UHGV virus genome: UHGV-1364187
Reading direction: 5' to 3' (one strand)
Source: a virus
Length of the DNA stretch: 64,000 nt
Made by a program: the position numbers and the translations under genes. The notes beneath the pieces were generated by a model that saw only the letters and a list, made by a program, of their open reading frames with translations, did not search any database and had not been told where the DNA came from. Position 1 is the stretch's first letter; each line of letters begins with the position of its first letter. Positions 1 to 10,303 of the stretch are shown here, in pieces.

Positions 1-1798
1 ATATGCTTTAGGTAATAATGGATTCTTTGGATGGATTAAAGAAGCTAATAGTGGAACAGAAATAGATGATATGTATAATGTAAACTGTAGGGTTACTAAT
101 CTAAGACATATGAACAATAATATCGTAAATAATACTGTAACTGTAAAGACTAATGAACTTGTGAATAGTACATCTGACAGATTACCATTAACAGATCAAA
201 AGAAACTTACAATTATGAATGAACAGTATGATAGTATATCTACATTATTAGAAGACGAAGCTGAACTCAAATATATTATCAATCCATCTAGCGGTTCTTA
301 TGATATATCGCAATCACAAAATAAACAATTATTGTCTAATAATGGTAGTGTGTATTATATTAAGTATTGTTCAAATAAGAGTTTAGGTGGTATTATTAAA
401 TCTGGAAATGCCCTACTGTACGTAAATGCTATGCAAACAGGATACTTACAAATATTAGAAGCATATGCAGATATAAATCAATGTAGTAATACTGATATTT
501 CAAATACTACACTATATTCTTCATTATCTAATCCTAGTGAATTATTAGGATCTTCATATAAGAAATCTGCAATTGAATTAAGAACTTCATTAGAATTCGG
601 AAATCCTTCATGTTTCAATTCTATTGTAGAAAAAAATGTGACTTATATTGGTCATGATAATGGATTAATATTAGTACTTGATAATACTACACTAGATGTA
701 ATTTATTCAATTAATATTAAAAAGATAATTATTGATAATACAGATCAATTCTATAATAACTATAAGATCAATACTATAGATTGGTTTGATGATAATTGTT
801 TTGCTTTTACGTGTGAATATAATCCATATGTATATTGTATTAATAAAACTGATGGATCATTAGTATGGGCACATAATAGCGGTATATCAGAAGGATTACA
901 AGTAGTAAGTAGTTTAAACCAATCAGTTTATTTCTGTTATAGAAATAAAGATGATCAAATAAGATTAGCCGAATGGAAGAAGTTTGCTAATAATAACAAT
1001 AGTGGAAACACAAATACATCTAGTGGAGAAGATCCTTGGAGAAAAGTTTTAGATCTACCAACTAATGTAATGTTTAGTAGATCATGTGTATTGGGAGATA
1101 AAATTTACATTATAGGTGGATTACAACCAAGAGATATGTATATTTTTGATGGTAATAATTTAATAAAATCAAATATAGAATTGCCATATCCATTCATGGA
1201 CGGTTGTGTTATTGGGTATGATGGTAAAATTCATATGCTAGGTGGATCAGTGACAGATAGTAAAAATCTACATTATACATTCGACGGTACTAAATGGGAA
1301 AAGATGAATGATTTACCATACGATTTTACTAATGGTAGTGTAGTTAGTACATATAATACTTATTATAATACACCAATGATGTATCTTGTTGGAGGAACAG
1401 AATATAATACAAATAATAAACTTACAACATATTATAATAATAGTGGAAAATACGAAGTGCGTACACATCCAGTTAGTTTTAAAAGAACATGCTCTGTATA
1501 TTATAATGATGATCTTCATATTCTTGGAGGTCAAGACACATCAAAGAGTCATTATTATAATGGGTCATTATATAAATTAGAAGATATACCATATCAATTA
1601 TATGGTGGTGATGCTGTAGTTTATAATGATAAGATTCATATCTTCGGTGGTGGAGGTGGAAAACGTCGTCATTATAGTTATGATGGAAATTCGTGGACTA
1701 GAGAGAAAGATTTAAATTTTGATTTTGATTGGAATTGTATGGTTATATATGATAACAAACTTTATGCAATAACAGATAATGCTATTTATACTTTATAA
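1..1798 (+). CDS. Kelch-repeat beta-propeller protein, probable virion/tail-fibre component; 5' end lies outside the window (frame is open back to nt 2)
   Basis: Five or six Kelch-like blades, each with a GG dipeptide after a hydrophobic strand (IIGGLQPRDMYIFDG, HMLGGSVTD, YLVGGTEYN, HILGGQD, HIFGGGGG). The reading frame has no stop upstream of the ATG at 71. Confidence 0.55.
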   Translation, partial: YALGNNGFFGWIKEANSGTEIDDMYNVNCRVTNLRHMNNNIVNNTVTVKTNELVNSTSDRLPLTDQKKLTIMNEQYDSISTLLEDEAELKYIINPSSGSYDISQSQNKQLLSNNGSVYYIKYCSNKSLGGIIKSGNALLYVNAMQTGYLQILEAYADINQCSNTDISNTTLYSSLSNPSELLGSSYKKSAIELRTSLEFGNPSCFNSIVEKNVTYIGHDNGLILVLDNTTLDVIYSINIKKIIIDNTDQFYNNYKINTIDWFDDNCFAFTCEYNPYVYCINKTDGSLVWAHNSGISEGLQVVSSLNQSVYFCYRNKDDQIRLAEWKKFANNNNSGNTNTSSGEDPWRKVLDLPTNVMFSRSCVLGDKIYIIGGLQPRDMYIFDGNNLIKSNIELPYPFMDGCVIGYDGKIHMLGGSVTDSKNLHYTFDGTKWEKMNDLPYDFTNGSVVSTYNTYYNTPMMYLVGGTEYNTNNKLTTYYNNSGKYEVRTHPVSFKRTCSVYYNDDLHILGGQDTSKSHYYNGSLYKLEDIPYQLYGGDAVVYNDKIHIFGGGGGKRRHYSYDGNSWTREKDLNFDFDWNCMVIYDNKLYAITDNAIYTL

Positions 1799-1805
1799 AA
1801 AATAA

Positions 1806-1838
1806 ATGCACATGTGGGATTTGATTCTCACATGTACA
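1806..1838 (+). terminator. imperfect hairpin followed by a T-rich run, after gene 1
   Basis: Core stem acatgtg/cacatgt, then ttttaataat. Confidence 0.4.
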
Positions 1839-1871
1839 TTTTAATAATATCTTAAAAGGAGGTAAAAATAA

Positions 1872-3599
1872 ATGATAGGAAGACAGATGAATATATATAC
1901 TAGAAAGCCTGTTATGCTTACAGTAACATGGAAAGCTAATGGTGTTGTATTAAAAGAAGAACAAGTAGAAATAGGAGATCCTGCAACACCTCCAACTAAT
2001 GTAAGTATAGAAGGATATGATTTTTTAGGATGGGATAAAGATTATTATAGAATTATGAACAATATGGTTATAAATGCTAAATTAAAGATTAAAACTTACA
2101 CTGTAAGATTCTTTATGAGTGGTATATTATTATCAACACAATATGTAGAATATGATAAATCTGCAAATCCACCAACAAATCTAACAATACCAGAGGGATA
2201 TATTCATAAAGGATGGGATAAAGATTATACACACATCAAGAGTGATACAGATATTAATGCTATTATAGATATTAAAAGATTCATGGTATACTTTTATGAT
2301 AATTCTTATGATGCAAAATATAAGAGAAATGTATTAAAAACAGAAGAAGTCGAATATGGTAAAGATGCAACCCCTCCTACATCTATAAATACTCCAATAG
2401 AACAATATAAAGTTCTTTCTGGATGGATTATGAGTTCTATATCACAATATACATATAGAGAAGATCATAAAAACATTAAAGATGAAATGCACTTATATCC
2501 ATTTATTACAAATGATTGGTATTTTGCAGATGGTGTATATAATGAAGTAAGTTCATATAGCTTTACATCTCCTGTCACTGGAGCTGTAACACAAAGTTCA
2601 TACTCTTGCTTCTTTGGAGATTTATATAAGAAAAATGTCCAAGGTGCTACAGGTTATGATCTAGAATATAAATATTTTAATACAGAATTGTCTAAATTAT
2701 CATATGATACTTCATATATTAATGCAGAAATTCAAAACTTGATGTATATATGTACTGTAGAAGTATTAAAGAGTGGTGCTATAACACTGACAGCAACAAT
2801 TGATGGTATAACGCATAGTACTACTATAAATGGAACAAGATTATATACTAAAGATGAATTGATATATAATGTAGGATTAAATTATAATATATTTACAGAT
2901 AATCCTACAGGTGATGATTTCTATAAACTAGAACAATGGTATGGTAATCCACTTATTCATATAATTCCATTATATGATGAATCTGGAAACTTTGTAAAGA
3001 ACTTTGCTGGATATGGAGAATCATCTACTCCTTATAATAGTAACAATCTTGTACAAATAGAGAGTGCTGAAAATATGATAGTGCGTACAGAGGATTATTA
3101 TCTACATGCTGATGATTTCGCTGATAGAACTCATCCTATTCTATTAGATGCTATTATGAAACCTGGAACATTCTCTATTACATTTAAAGGAACACCATAT
3201 TTTGGTTCTCCTATAACATGTAAGAAAGTTATAAATATTGCAGATAAAGGTATTTCTTCTATAGAATATAATGGAAATGCTATAACTGAATTAGAAATTC
3301 CAGTTAGTCAAACTACAACTTTAAATTACAAAGTTAAGAGATCTGTTAATGGATCTTCAGAACAATGGTTTGATACAACACAAAGTACATGGAATGGTAA
3401 GAGTGTAAAAGATATTGTAACTGTAGGAGTATTTGCTGGATATAGTTATGATCCATATACACAAGTTCCTAGAATGGATATAGAAATTACATCAGGTGGA
3501 ATAGCTATAACACCTAAACTTACTGGATATGCGTTATTAGAAATAAAATGTAATGATAATAGTGAATATACAAGACATGTATTATTAATAATCAAATAA
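1872..3599 (+). CDS. surface/structural protein with Listeria-Bacteroides (Flg_new-type) repeat domains
   Basis: Strong RBS aaaaggaggtaaaaataaATG. At least three repeats of the GDPATPPTN...EGY.F.GWDKDY type, characteristic of the Flg_new/List_Bact repeat. Confidence 0.6.
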   Translation: MIGRQMNIYTRKPVMLTVTWKANGVVLKEEQVEIGDPATPPTNVSIEGYDFLGWDKDYYRIMNNMVINAKLKIKTYTVRFFMSGILLSTQYVEYDKSANPPTNLTIPEGYIHKGWDKDYTHIKSDTDINAIIDIKRFMVYFYDNSYDAKYKRNVLKTEEVEYGKDATPPTSINTPIEQYKVLSGWIMSSISQYTYREDHKNIKDEMHLYPFITNDWYFADGVYNEVSSYSFTSPVTGAVTQSSYSCFFGDLYKKNVQGATGYDLEYKYFNTELSKLSYDTSYINAEIQNLMYICTVEVLKSGAITLTATIDGITHSTTINGTRLYTKDELIYNVGLNYNIFTDNPTGDDFYKLEQWYGNPLIHIIPLYDESGNFVKNFAGYGESSTPYNSNNLVQIESAENMIVRTEDYYLHADDFADRTHPILLDAIMKPGTFSITFKGTPYFGSPITCKKVINIADKGISSIEYNGNAITELEIPVSQTTTLNYKVKRSVNGSSEQWFDTTQSTWNGKSVKDIVTVGVFAGYSYDPYTQVPRMDIEITSGGIAITPKLTGYALLEIKCNDNSEYTRHVLLIIK

Positions 3600-3607
3600 A
3601 AAATAAA

Positions 3608-3642
3608 ATACATAGAGAAGATTAAATTTCTTCTCTATGTAT
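3608..3642. terminator. bidirectional rho-independent terminator between convergent genes
   Basis: 13-bp stem atacatagagaag/cttctctatgtat with T-runs on both sides. Confidence 0.7.
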
Positions 3643-3648
3643 TTTTTA

Positions 3649-4836
3649 TTATTCTTCATTTTTTAATATATCTAACCCTACATAATTAGAAAATGTATCA
3701 GAAAGTCTATCACTAACATTATCAAGAATACTAATACATTGTTCTAAATAATTTCTTATATATAATGAATTATATACATAAACGTTTCCGTTATATAACA
3801 ATAATACCGTCGTAGCACCATATTTTTCTAGAACTTTTTCTTCTTCTATTTCGTTAAATTGTTTAATGATTTCTGATATATTATCTTTAGCCTGTTTTAA
3901 TAAATCTTCTCTATAAAAATCATTTTTATTTACTATATCCATAATAGTATTAATACTATTCATAGATGTATACATAAATATTATTCCAGATTTAATTTGG
4001 AAATCTGAATCATTTAATGGATAAACTATTGGAGCTAAATCTAATTGGGATACATTACCAACTACTTCTCCATCTTTATATATATAATCATTATTTATAA
4101 ACAACATTTCGTCTGTAAGTAAGATGGCTTTAGACATCATTAAATCTTCGTATGGTATAATCATATTAGTTGGAACATAGCCATCTACATTGTACATATT
4201 TGTTGTAGATACTGATGCTACATTAGTTCTTAGATCATTAATAAGATATATTGATCCGTTATGATAAATATAAAATCTAGTATCTTGACCATTATAATAA
4301 TCACTATAAACAGTCTTGATAATATCATACATAAAAGATTGTATCTGTTGATTTTTAACAATACTTTCCATACAACATTTTGTTTCTAATAATAACATTT
4401 CTTTCATATACATTCCTGGAATACAGAATGTTCTAATCATACCATCTTTGATTTCACATCTATATTGTGGGTATGAATCAAAGATATTAAGTTTTCTAGT
4501 TTCAAATCTAATACCTTCTAATTCTCCATTATCATTTGTATATTCAGATACATATAAGAATGAATCTTTTAGTTGTAAATCTAATGATGTAATAGTTCCT
4601 TCTCCATTATCATAATATACATGATATGTTTCGTTATCTTGATCAAATATCACTTCGTCGATATCATAAATTTCTATGATATTATTATCTATAATAATTC
4701 TATCTACTGTATCTATTGTATCTAGTTCTAATTTAATATTTCCATCTTCCATTCTTTCTAATTTAGCCTTTTCAGTTTCACACATAAATGCAATTCTTTT
4801 ATCACTCATATTATTTATCCTCCTCAGATAATTCAT
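3649..4836 (-). CDS. hypothetical protein (395 aa)
   Basis: Long ORF with no recognisable motifs. Confidence 0.5.
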   Translation of the reverse strand: MNYLRRINNMSDKRIAFMCETEKAKLERMEDGNIKLELDTIDTVDRIIIDNNIIEIYDIDEVIFDQDNETYHVYYDNGEGTITSLDLQLKDSFLYVSEYTNDNGELEGIRFETRKLNIFDSYPQYRCEIKDGMIRTFCIPGMYMKEMLLLETKCCMESIVKNQQIQSFMYDIIKTVYSDYYNGQDTRFYIYHNGSIYLINDLRTNVASVSTTNMYNVDGYVPTNMIIPYEDLMMSKAILLTDEMLFINNDYIYKDGEVVGNVSQLDLAPIVYPLNDSDFQIKSGIIFMYTSMNSINTIMDIVNKNDFYREDLLKQAKDNISEIIKQFNEIEEEKVLEKYGATTVLLLYNGNVYVYNSLYIRNYLEQCISILDNVSDRLSDTFSNYVGLDILKNEE

Positions 4837-5032
4837 TAATAAATTTTACTATAATATACTTGCTATCTCCCATTAAATCTAATGTCATCTGTCTTGTAGT
4901 ATGAATTATAATATCATAACCATATTCTGTAACAATATCATATCTGATAAGTTTGTCACTATCATCAACTATAATAAGTGAAATATTAAAAAGTGATTGT
5001 GCACCAAATTCTGTATTAACAGTAAGTACCAT
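4811..5032 (-). CDS. small hypothetical protein; its start is uncertain and may be joined by a -1 shift to a 33-codon ORF at 5118..5020
   Basis: The strong RBS (aaggagtga) precedes the ATG at 5118 in the other frame. The ATG at 5032 has no RBS. Confidence 0.3.
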   Translation of the reverse strand: MVLTVNTEFGAQSLFNISLIIVDDSDKLIRYDIVTEYGYDIIIHTTRQMTLDLMGDSKYIIVKFINELSEEDK

Positions 5033-5141
5033 TGATTCGTTGAATACTTAATATTTTACCATTAATAGTTATATACTTCTTGATATAATCATCTCTTATA
5101 TCAAAATATTCTTTCATAATAAAATCACTCCTTATATATGT

Positions 5142-5168
5142 ATTCAATTATATAATATATAATTGAAA
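5142..5168 (-). promoter_or_regulatory. conserved AT-rich phage promoter-like motif (copy A)
   Basis: The minus strand reads tttcaattatatattatataattgaa, 25-50 nt upstream of the RBS/ATG at 5118. Confidence 0.45.
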
Positions 5169-5200
5169 TTAGTATTACTCCATTGTTGGAGTAATACTAA
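5169..5200. terminator. hairpin terminator downstream of gene 5205..5945
   Basis: 14-bp stem ttagtattactcca/tggagtaatactaa, then a T6 run. Confidence 0.6.
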
Positions 5201-5204
5201 TTTT

Positions 5205-5945
5205 TTATAACTCATGGTAATGATAATACTTACCATTAAGTTCCCCATTTAATTTAGACAATACATGCAAACTATCCATTTTCATATCAAATAGATAATC
5301 ATCCATACATTCAAGAATTCTGGCTCCTTTAATTTCACATGTTTTATATGTGTCATTAATAAGTGCTATATCACTTATTTTTCTAGCCAACCTCTCTAAT
5401 CTATCTCGATTCCAATCAATGAACTTGTCTCTAAATATAACGACCGCTTCATAATCTTGAGAATCGATATTCCAACCAGAAAGCTGTTCACATGCCATTC
5501 TTCCTTCAGAGAACATATTCATTGCCAATGTATATAGCCTATTGCATTCATTACAATTTGATGCACAATTATCTATACATTCCTGTGCTTCTTGTGCAAA
5601 TTTAATACATGGTTCTTTCCAACAAGATATTGAAAAGGACAAAAAATCTGACGCTAACTTTAATCTCCCCACATTACTAACACCATCCATTGTAATTATC
5701 TGTGCGTTTCTCATATGATGATCAATATTTACATGAACAGGATGTGTAGTTAATGATGGATAAGATTCCTCAACTCCATTTTGTTTAATAGTCTTCATTT
5801 TCTTATTGCAAATAAATGTCACTACAATTGCAATTACAGAAAACATTCCTGCAACAAGTTGGGAAGCAATATCTGTAAAATCTATCATGTTTACGGGTAT
5901 TAGAATAATAAAATTTTGGATTATGAACGGATCTAATACCTCCAC
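5205..5945 (-). CDS. type II membrane protein with a Cys-rich C-terminal domain
   Basis: N-terminal TM helix (IASQLVAGMFSVIAIVVTFIC). Cys cluster CWKEPC...CIDNCASNCNEC. Confidence 0.5.
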   Translation of the reverse strand: MEVLDPFIIQNFIILIPVNMIDFTDIASQLVAGMFSVIAIVVTFICNKKMKTIKQNGVEESYPSLTTHPVHVNIDHHMRNAQIITMDGVSNVGRLKLASDFLSFSISCWKEPCIKFAQEAQECIDNCASNCNECNRLYTLAMNMFSEGRMACEQLSGWNIDSQDYEAVVIFRDKFIDWNRDRLERLARKISDIALINDTYKTCEIKGARILECMDDYLFDMKMDSLHVLSKLNGELNGKYYHYHEL

Positions 5946-6032
5946 ACCCCCTTTAATTACTTGTTACCCATAAAGTTTCAATTTTATATCAATAACTTTA
6001 TATTAAAATATAACATTTGGAGGTATGCTTAA

Positions 6033-6371
6033 ATGATTGAAATTGTTATATCTACAATAATAGTATTAGTATTACTAAATGAATTTAGAAAGATATTAGA
6101 ATATTTATATACAGAAGAAAAATACATAATCGCTAGCACATTAGATTTCCTTAGAGATAATCCAACTGAAATCAGATACACTAAAGGAATACATTATATG
6201 ATTGATTATATAGTAAATAATATAATGATATCTTATTTACCTAATGATATATATAAAACTTCCATACATAAAATTATATTCTCTTGTGTAGTACGTAAAT
6301 ACTTAAAAGATCTTATAAATGATAATATTGCTGAAGTTGTAAAAATTATCGTGGATGAAAAATACAGATAA
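6033..6371 (+). CDS. small membrane protein
   Basis: RBS ggaggt. N-terminal hydrophobic helix IEIVISTIIVLVLL. Confidence 0.45.
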   Translation: MIEIVISTIIVLVLLNEFRKILEYLYTEEKYIIASTLDFLRDNPTEIRYTKGIHYMIDYIVNNIMISYLPNDIYKTSIHKIIFSCVVRKYLKDLINDNIAEVVKIIVDEKYR

Positions 6372-6374
6372 ACC

Positions 6375-7688
6375 CTAATATGGTTTATCTGTAGTTATTC
6401 TGTTTTTATTTAATTCTTCCATTATAATAGTTTGTTCATGTACAAATTCAGTATCTAAATATAAAGCTATATATGTAGTTATACCTTTAAAAGGTTCAGA
6501 ATAAGTTCCAATGCATGTTTCCCAGTCCATAGATACTTGTAGTTCTTTATCTGAATTAAATGTTTTTATATCTATAAACTCTCTAGGACTTATACCAAGT
6601 TTTAATGCTTGTCTTATAAGAGGAGTTACATGAATACTATCAAATAATTCTATAAACGGAATTTTTGGTATCTCATCTTGATCAAATTCTGCATAATCTA
6701 CGTTAAGATAATTATTCCATCCTTTTTCATTTACTGTAGGTATATGTAGTGTAGTTATTTCTCCCACAATAACAGTTTCTTCACTACCTTGAGATAATTT
6801 ATGAATAATCTCATGTTCTGTTCTAGAATAATATGCATACCATCTAGGTGCTGGAATCTTGACTCCTATATTAAAATCTATCATATATGAATCAGATACA
6901 TGATTTTTTGTTTGTCCATCATCAAGACTCATTCTCTCTGTTAGGTCTATATCTATTGAAAAATTTCTCATTCTAACAAAGAATTCATTAATACCATTCG
7001 TGCGTCTAAATTTATATAATATCGGTAATTCTGATTTGGAATTAAGGTATCTTACAAATTTAGCACATTCTGATACATCACCACTTTGTATATTAAATCC
7101 TACATCTTTAGCAAATTGAATCATTACATGTAATGGAATATGGAAATCTAAATCTATCTTGAATCTCCTCTTTGTTCCAATAGGTAATACAACACCAAGT
7201 CTTTCAAATAAATCTACTTGTTTTGATCTAGTATCAACTTTAATTTTTACATTATAATTCAATTCTACTAATTTAAGTCCTAGTGCTAAGAATAAATGTC
7301 TATCATAATCTTTTATGAATGATGTATCTAATCTTCCCATTTGCATTGCTAAATTTACACCAAATCTTACATCATTATGATCATTATTATTGAAATCATA
7401 ATTTATTCTTGGTGTAATAGCAATAGCTGGAGTTGGTTTACTTATAAAATTATAAGATTTATCCATTTTTCTATACTCATCCAATATATGTTTTTCATTA
7501 ATATATACTGTCTTAAAGTAATCTTTTGGTAATCCACTTAATATGAAATCTTTAATATATTCAGTTGCTATTGATTCTGTGTGGATTAATGATGGTGAAG
7601 CCATACTCATATTTAAATTTACTTCTTGTTTCTTTTTTAATATATCTGCAGGATTACATTTCTTTAGATTAGGATTTCTATTAATCAT
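6375..7688 (-). CDS. hypothetical protein (437 aa)
   Basis: RBS aggagtga. No recognisable motifs; I checked for RNAP motifs and found none. Confidence 0.5.
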   Translation of the reverse strand: MINRNPNLKKCNPADILKKKQEVNLNMSMASPSLIHTESIATEYIKDFILSGLPKDYFKTVYINEKHILDEYRKMDKSYNFISKPTPAIAITPRINYDFNNNDHNDVRFGVNLAMQMGRLDTSFIKDYDRHLFLALGLKLVELNYNVKIKVDTRSKQVDLFERLGVVLPIGTKRRFKIDLDFHIPLHVMIQFAKDVGFNIQSGDVSECAKFVRYLNSKSELPILYKFRRTNGINEFFVRMRNFSIDIDLTERMSLDDGQTKNHVSDSYMIDFNIGVKIPAPRWYAYYSRTEHEIIHKLSQGSEETVIVGEITTLHIPTVNEKGWNNYLNVDYAEFDQDEIPKIPFIELFDSIHVTPLIRQALKLGISPREFIDIKTFNSDKELQVSMDWETCIGTYSEPFKGITTYIALYLDTEFVHEQTIIMEELNKNRITTDKPY

Positions 7689-7715
7689 TATATCACTCCT
7701 TTATCATAAAAAATA

Positions 7716-7750
7716 AAAGCATTTACGTTAATGTTCCACGTAAATGCTTT
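7716..7750 (-). terminator. rho-independent terminator after beta-prime exon 2
   Basis: 12-bp stem aaagcatttacg/cgtaaatgcttt with T-runs on both strands. Confidence 0.6.
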
Positions 7751-7758
7751 TTATTATA

Positions 7759-8109
7759 TTAGAAGTGTTTCTGTTCTTTTATTCTCTTAATCTTCTCTAA
7801 TTGTTCTTGAGAATAGTTCTTTCTAGATAATCCAATAAGTGTATTAATATTAATAATAGTATCTCTTGAGTGGTTCATTGCTTTATTAAACATACCATTA
7901 TTTCTAGAGATATATAATGCATTTCTTGGATTAAGAACTTTAAATGCTTCTTCATAGAATGCTTTGTTATTAATTAGGAATATAGATAACGTATCACCAT
8001 CAAAATCTGCAGCCATAGTCTTTAAGATCTGTAATGGTAATGCCATTGTATATGTGTCTAATATTCCTACTACATGCATTTGTAAAATACTTCCATATGA
8101 AATTGTAGG
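7759..8109 (-). CDS. rpoC: multisubunit RNAP beta-prime N-terminal fragment, exon 2 (catalytic NADFDGD loop)
   Basis: PTISYGSILQMHVVGILDTYTMALPLQILKTMAADFDGDTLSIF...LNPRNALYISRNNG aligns with E. coli beta-prime APTLHRLGIQAFEP...AAYNADFDGDQMAVH...STNNILSPANGEP. The frame is open upstream as far as a stop codon at 8137..8139. Confidence 0.8.
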   Translation of the reverse strand, partial: PTISYGSILQMHVVGILDTYTMALPLQILKTMAADFDGDTLSIFLINNKAFYEEAFKVLNPRNALYISRNNGMFNKAMNHSRDTIININTLIGLSRKNYSQEQLEKIKRIKEQKHF

Positions 8110-8600
8110 CTCCGTCTTCACATAGAGTCGTGACTTCTATGCAGTTCTCTTATGAACTTCTATGAGTATTACTCATAAGGAGAGACTATATCTTCATCTT
8201 TTACTATTCTTATATTATTTCAAATATAAGATACTACTAGCAGTCAGATGCCTTGCACTTCGGATATACTATATCCTACTCTACTCACTTCGTCTATATC
8301 TAATTTATTAGATATACCTTATTTTTAACTAGATTACTAGTATATTAGCTTTCGATAGTCGTTGAACCTTCTCCTATATAATTTATATAAGAGCTTGGCT
8401 GCTGATTGGACATTGTTTGTTACTTGGCACGATACTTAGGCTCTCACCATATATCATCTTAATGATTATTTCTGTCTTTCGACTGCCATTCACGCTTACC
8501 TGTTACAGTTACGTTGTAGCTCATTAAGCATTAGCCCTTCCCAGACAAGTTCACAAGGTTTTTCTCCGTACATTTCTGTAGGGAGGACCCATCCACAAAT
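8110..8600 (-). ncRNA. group I self-splicing intron (491 nt, no ORF) inside the beta-prime gene
   Basis: The 5' exon ends in U (..AAU CGA CCU) and the intron ends in G (..GACGGAG). The intron 5' end (AUUUGUGGAUGGGUC) contains GGGUC, which can pair with the exon end GACCU to form P1 with a U.G wobble. An R-like element (GACUAUCGAAAG) lies near 8345-8360 and an S-like element (GAAGAUAUAGUCUC) near 8178-8190 on the minus strand. The upstream ORF reads through for 34 unrelated codons to a stop. The spliced junction restores the conserved ILINRP|PTISYG (E. coli LLNRAPTLHRLG). Confidence 0.75.
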
Positions 8601-9761
8601 AGGTCGATTTATTAAAATAGGTATACCTTGACCGTCATCTATTAAAGATTGAATAATATTTCTAACTCTTTGGTCTTCTTGAATAGTGGCATAATACCAA
8701 ATATTATGTGCTTCATCATAAGACATATTATAAGATTTTACTAAAACATTTATAATTCTCTGTTCTAATAATCCTACTAATGCAAAGTATGATAATTTTA
8801 CTTGGTCTACTTTTAATGTATCATCTGGAATGATTACACATCTAGAAGAGAAGTTAAATCTTCCTCCGAATACTCCTCTAAATATACCTTTCTTTCCAGA
8901 TAATATATTTTCAACTTCAGCATAAACTTTATTAAGTTTATATTGTAAATCGTATAATAATTGTAATTTAGGTTTCTTCTTTCTATGAATACGTAATGTA
9001 TTCATATTGATATCATGAACTAATTTTACAATCATATTATACAATCCATTAATATCGTTGAATACAAAGTTTCCACCATCAAGTTTGAATGGTCTTAATA
9101 GTGTCGTAAATATTGGTATAGAATGAGTAAATATCTTATCTTTATTCTCTAACAAATCAAGATAAGTATCAGTCTTAGCTTTCTTATTAGAAGAATTATT
9201 GTAATAATAATCTAAAACTGTTTCAAAGTTATCTCTTAACCATAATATACCTTTTCCTTTATATGGTTCATCTTTAACTTGTTTATTTTCTTCTATTGTA
9301 AATCCATCTTCATTCTTATTGTCTATTGGTTTTATGATATTATAAAGTTTCTCTGTTCCAATAATAGTCTCTAATTCTTTATATAGATTAGGATGGATTA
9401 TACAATATTCATCTTTCAATACTGTCCAACCAAATAAGTCATAATTATCATCAACAAACTTTACTTTAGTATTACATATAGGACATGTCATGCCATTATT
9501 AATTTTACCCATAGTGTAACCACATGAACATTTATATTTGTTAATGAACGGGTTAGAGTCATTTAATGTAGAACCAAATCTAGTACTAAAAATACCATTT
9601 GGTTCTTTTAAATCCTTCTTAATGTTTTGATGTTGAAAGATAATGAACCCGTTACCAGTACGAAGATCATTATCTTTCTCTTTATCCAAGTCAATTCTTT
9701 CTAGTAATGTTTCAACTTTAAATAAATTTCCAAGTTCATCTACAAGATGTGGATAATTCAT
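8601..9761 (-). CDS. rpoC: multisubunit RNAP beta-prime N-terminal fragment, exon 1 (Zn ribbon, clamp, lid)
   Basis: The Zn-binding motif CSCGY...CPIC matches the beta-prime N-terminal CxCGK..CxxC. IPIFTTLLRP matches LPVLPPDLRP, and GKKGIFRGVFGGRFNFSSRCVI matches [23 protein letters not shown]. RBS gaaggagatg. Confidence 0.8.
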
Positions 9762-9827
9762 ATTTATATCATCTCCTTCAATAATATAATATATAAGTTA
9801 ATAATAAGTTACATATACATTAATTTT

Positions 9828-10301
9828 CTAATGTATATGTAACTTATTATATTTATATTTATATTCTATAGACTTAGAATCTCTTTCTTGCTTCTTTTCT
9901 ATCCACTCTTGAACTTTATCTTTTATTTTATACTTGTTCACTAAACAACAGATTACATTATATGTGTCATTCATTGAATAGAAAAACCTAGATTTATAAT
10001 TATTATACAAATAAGATTTACTAACAAGTTGTTGAAATCTTGATAAATTATAAATACACTGTTTAAGACTATATTCACGTCTTGATATTCTTATTCTCGC
10101 TTTCTTTTCGATTTTATGTCTAAGTCTATATAAACATGTGTAAACATCACATATTTCTTCAGAAAGATGATATATATCAATTTCTTGTTCAGATAAGCAA
10201 TTTATCAATTCTGATAACTCTTCTTGCATCTTCATAAAAATAAAATCATCACCACTCATATCAGTGATACTATGTTGTAATTTTGTATCTATTAAAAACA
10301 T
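9828..10301 (-). CDS. hypothetical protein (157 aa)
   Basis: ORF immediately downstream of 10304..11236; probably co-transcribed with it. Confidence 0.45.
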   Translation of the reverse strand: MFLIDTKLQHSITDMSGDDFIFMKMQEELSELINCLSEQEIDIYHLSEEICDVYTCLYRLRHKIEKKARIRISRREYSLKQCIYNLSRFQQLVSKSYLYNNYKSRFFYSMNDTYNVICCLVNKYKIKDKVQEWIEKKQERDSKSIEYKYKYNKLHIH

Positions 10302-10303
10302 TT

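Noticed and set aside
1313-1580. ORFs 1313..1534(-) and 1386..1580(+) inside the Kelch gene
   Set aside because: They lie wholly within, or antisense to, a long motif-supported gene. Their sequence is low-complexity I/N-rich, typical of AT-rich frame noise.
6375-7688. ORF 6375..7688 as a further RNAP beta-prime or beta fragment because it lies immediately downstream of beta-prime exon 2
   Set aside because: No RNAP motifs (trigger loop, region H, GGQRFGEME) could be aligned.
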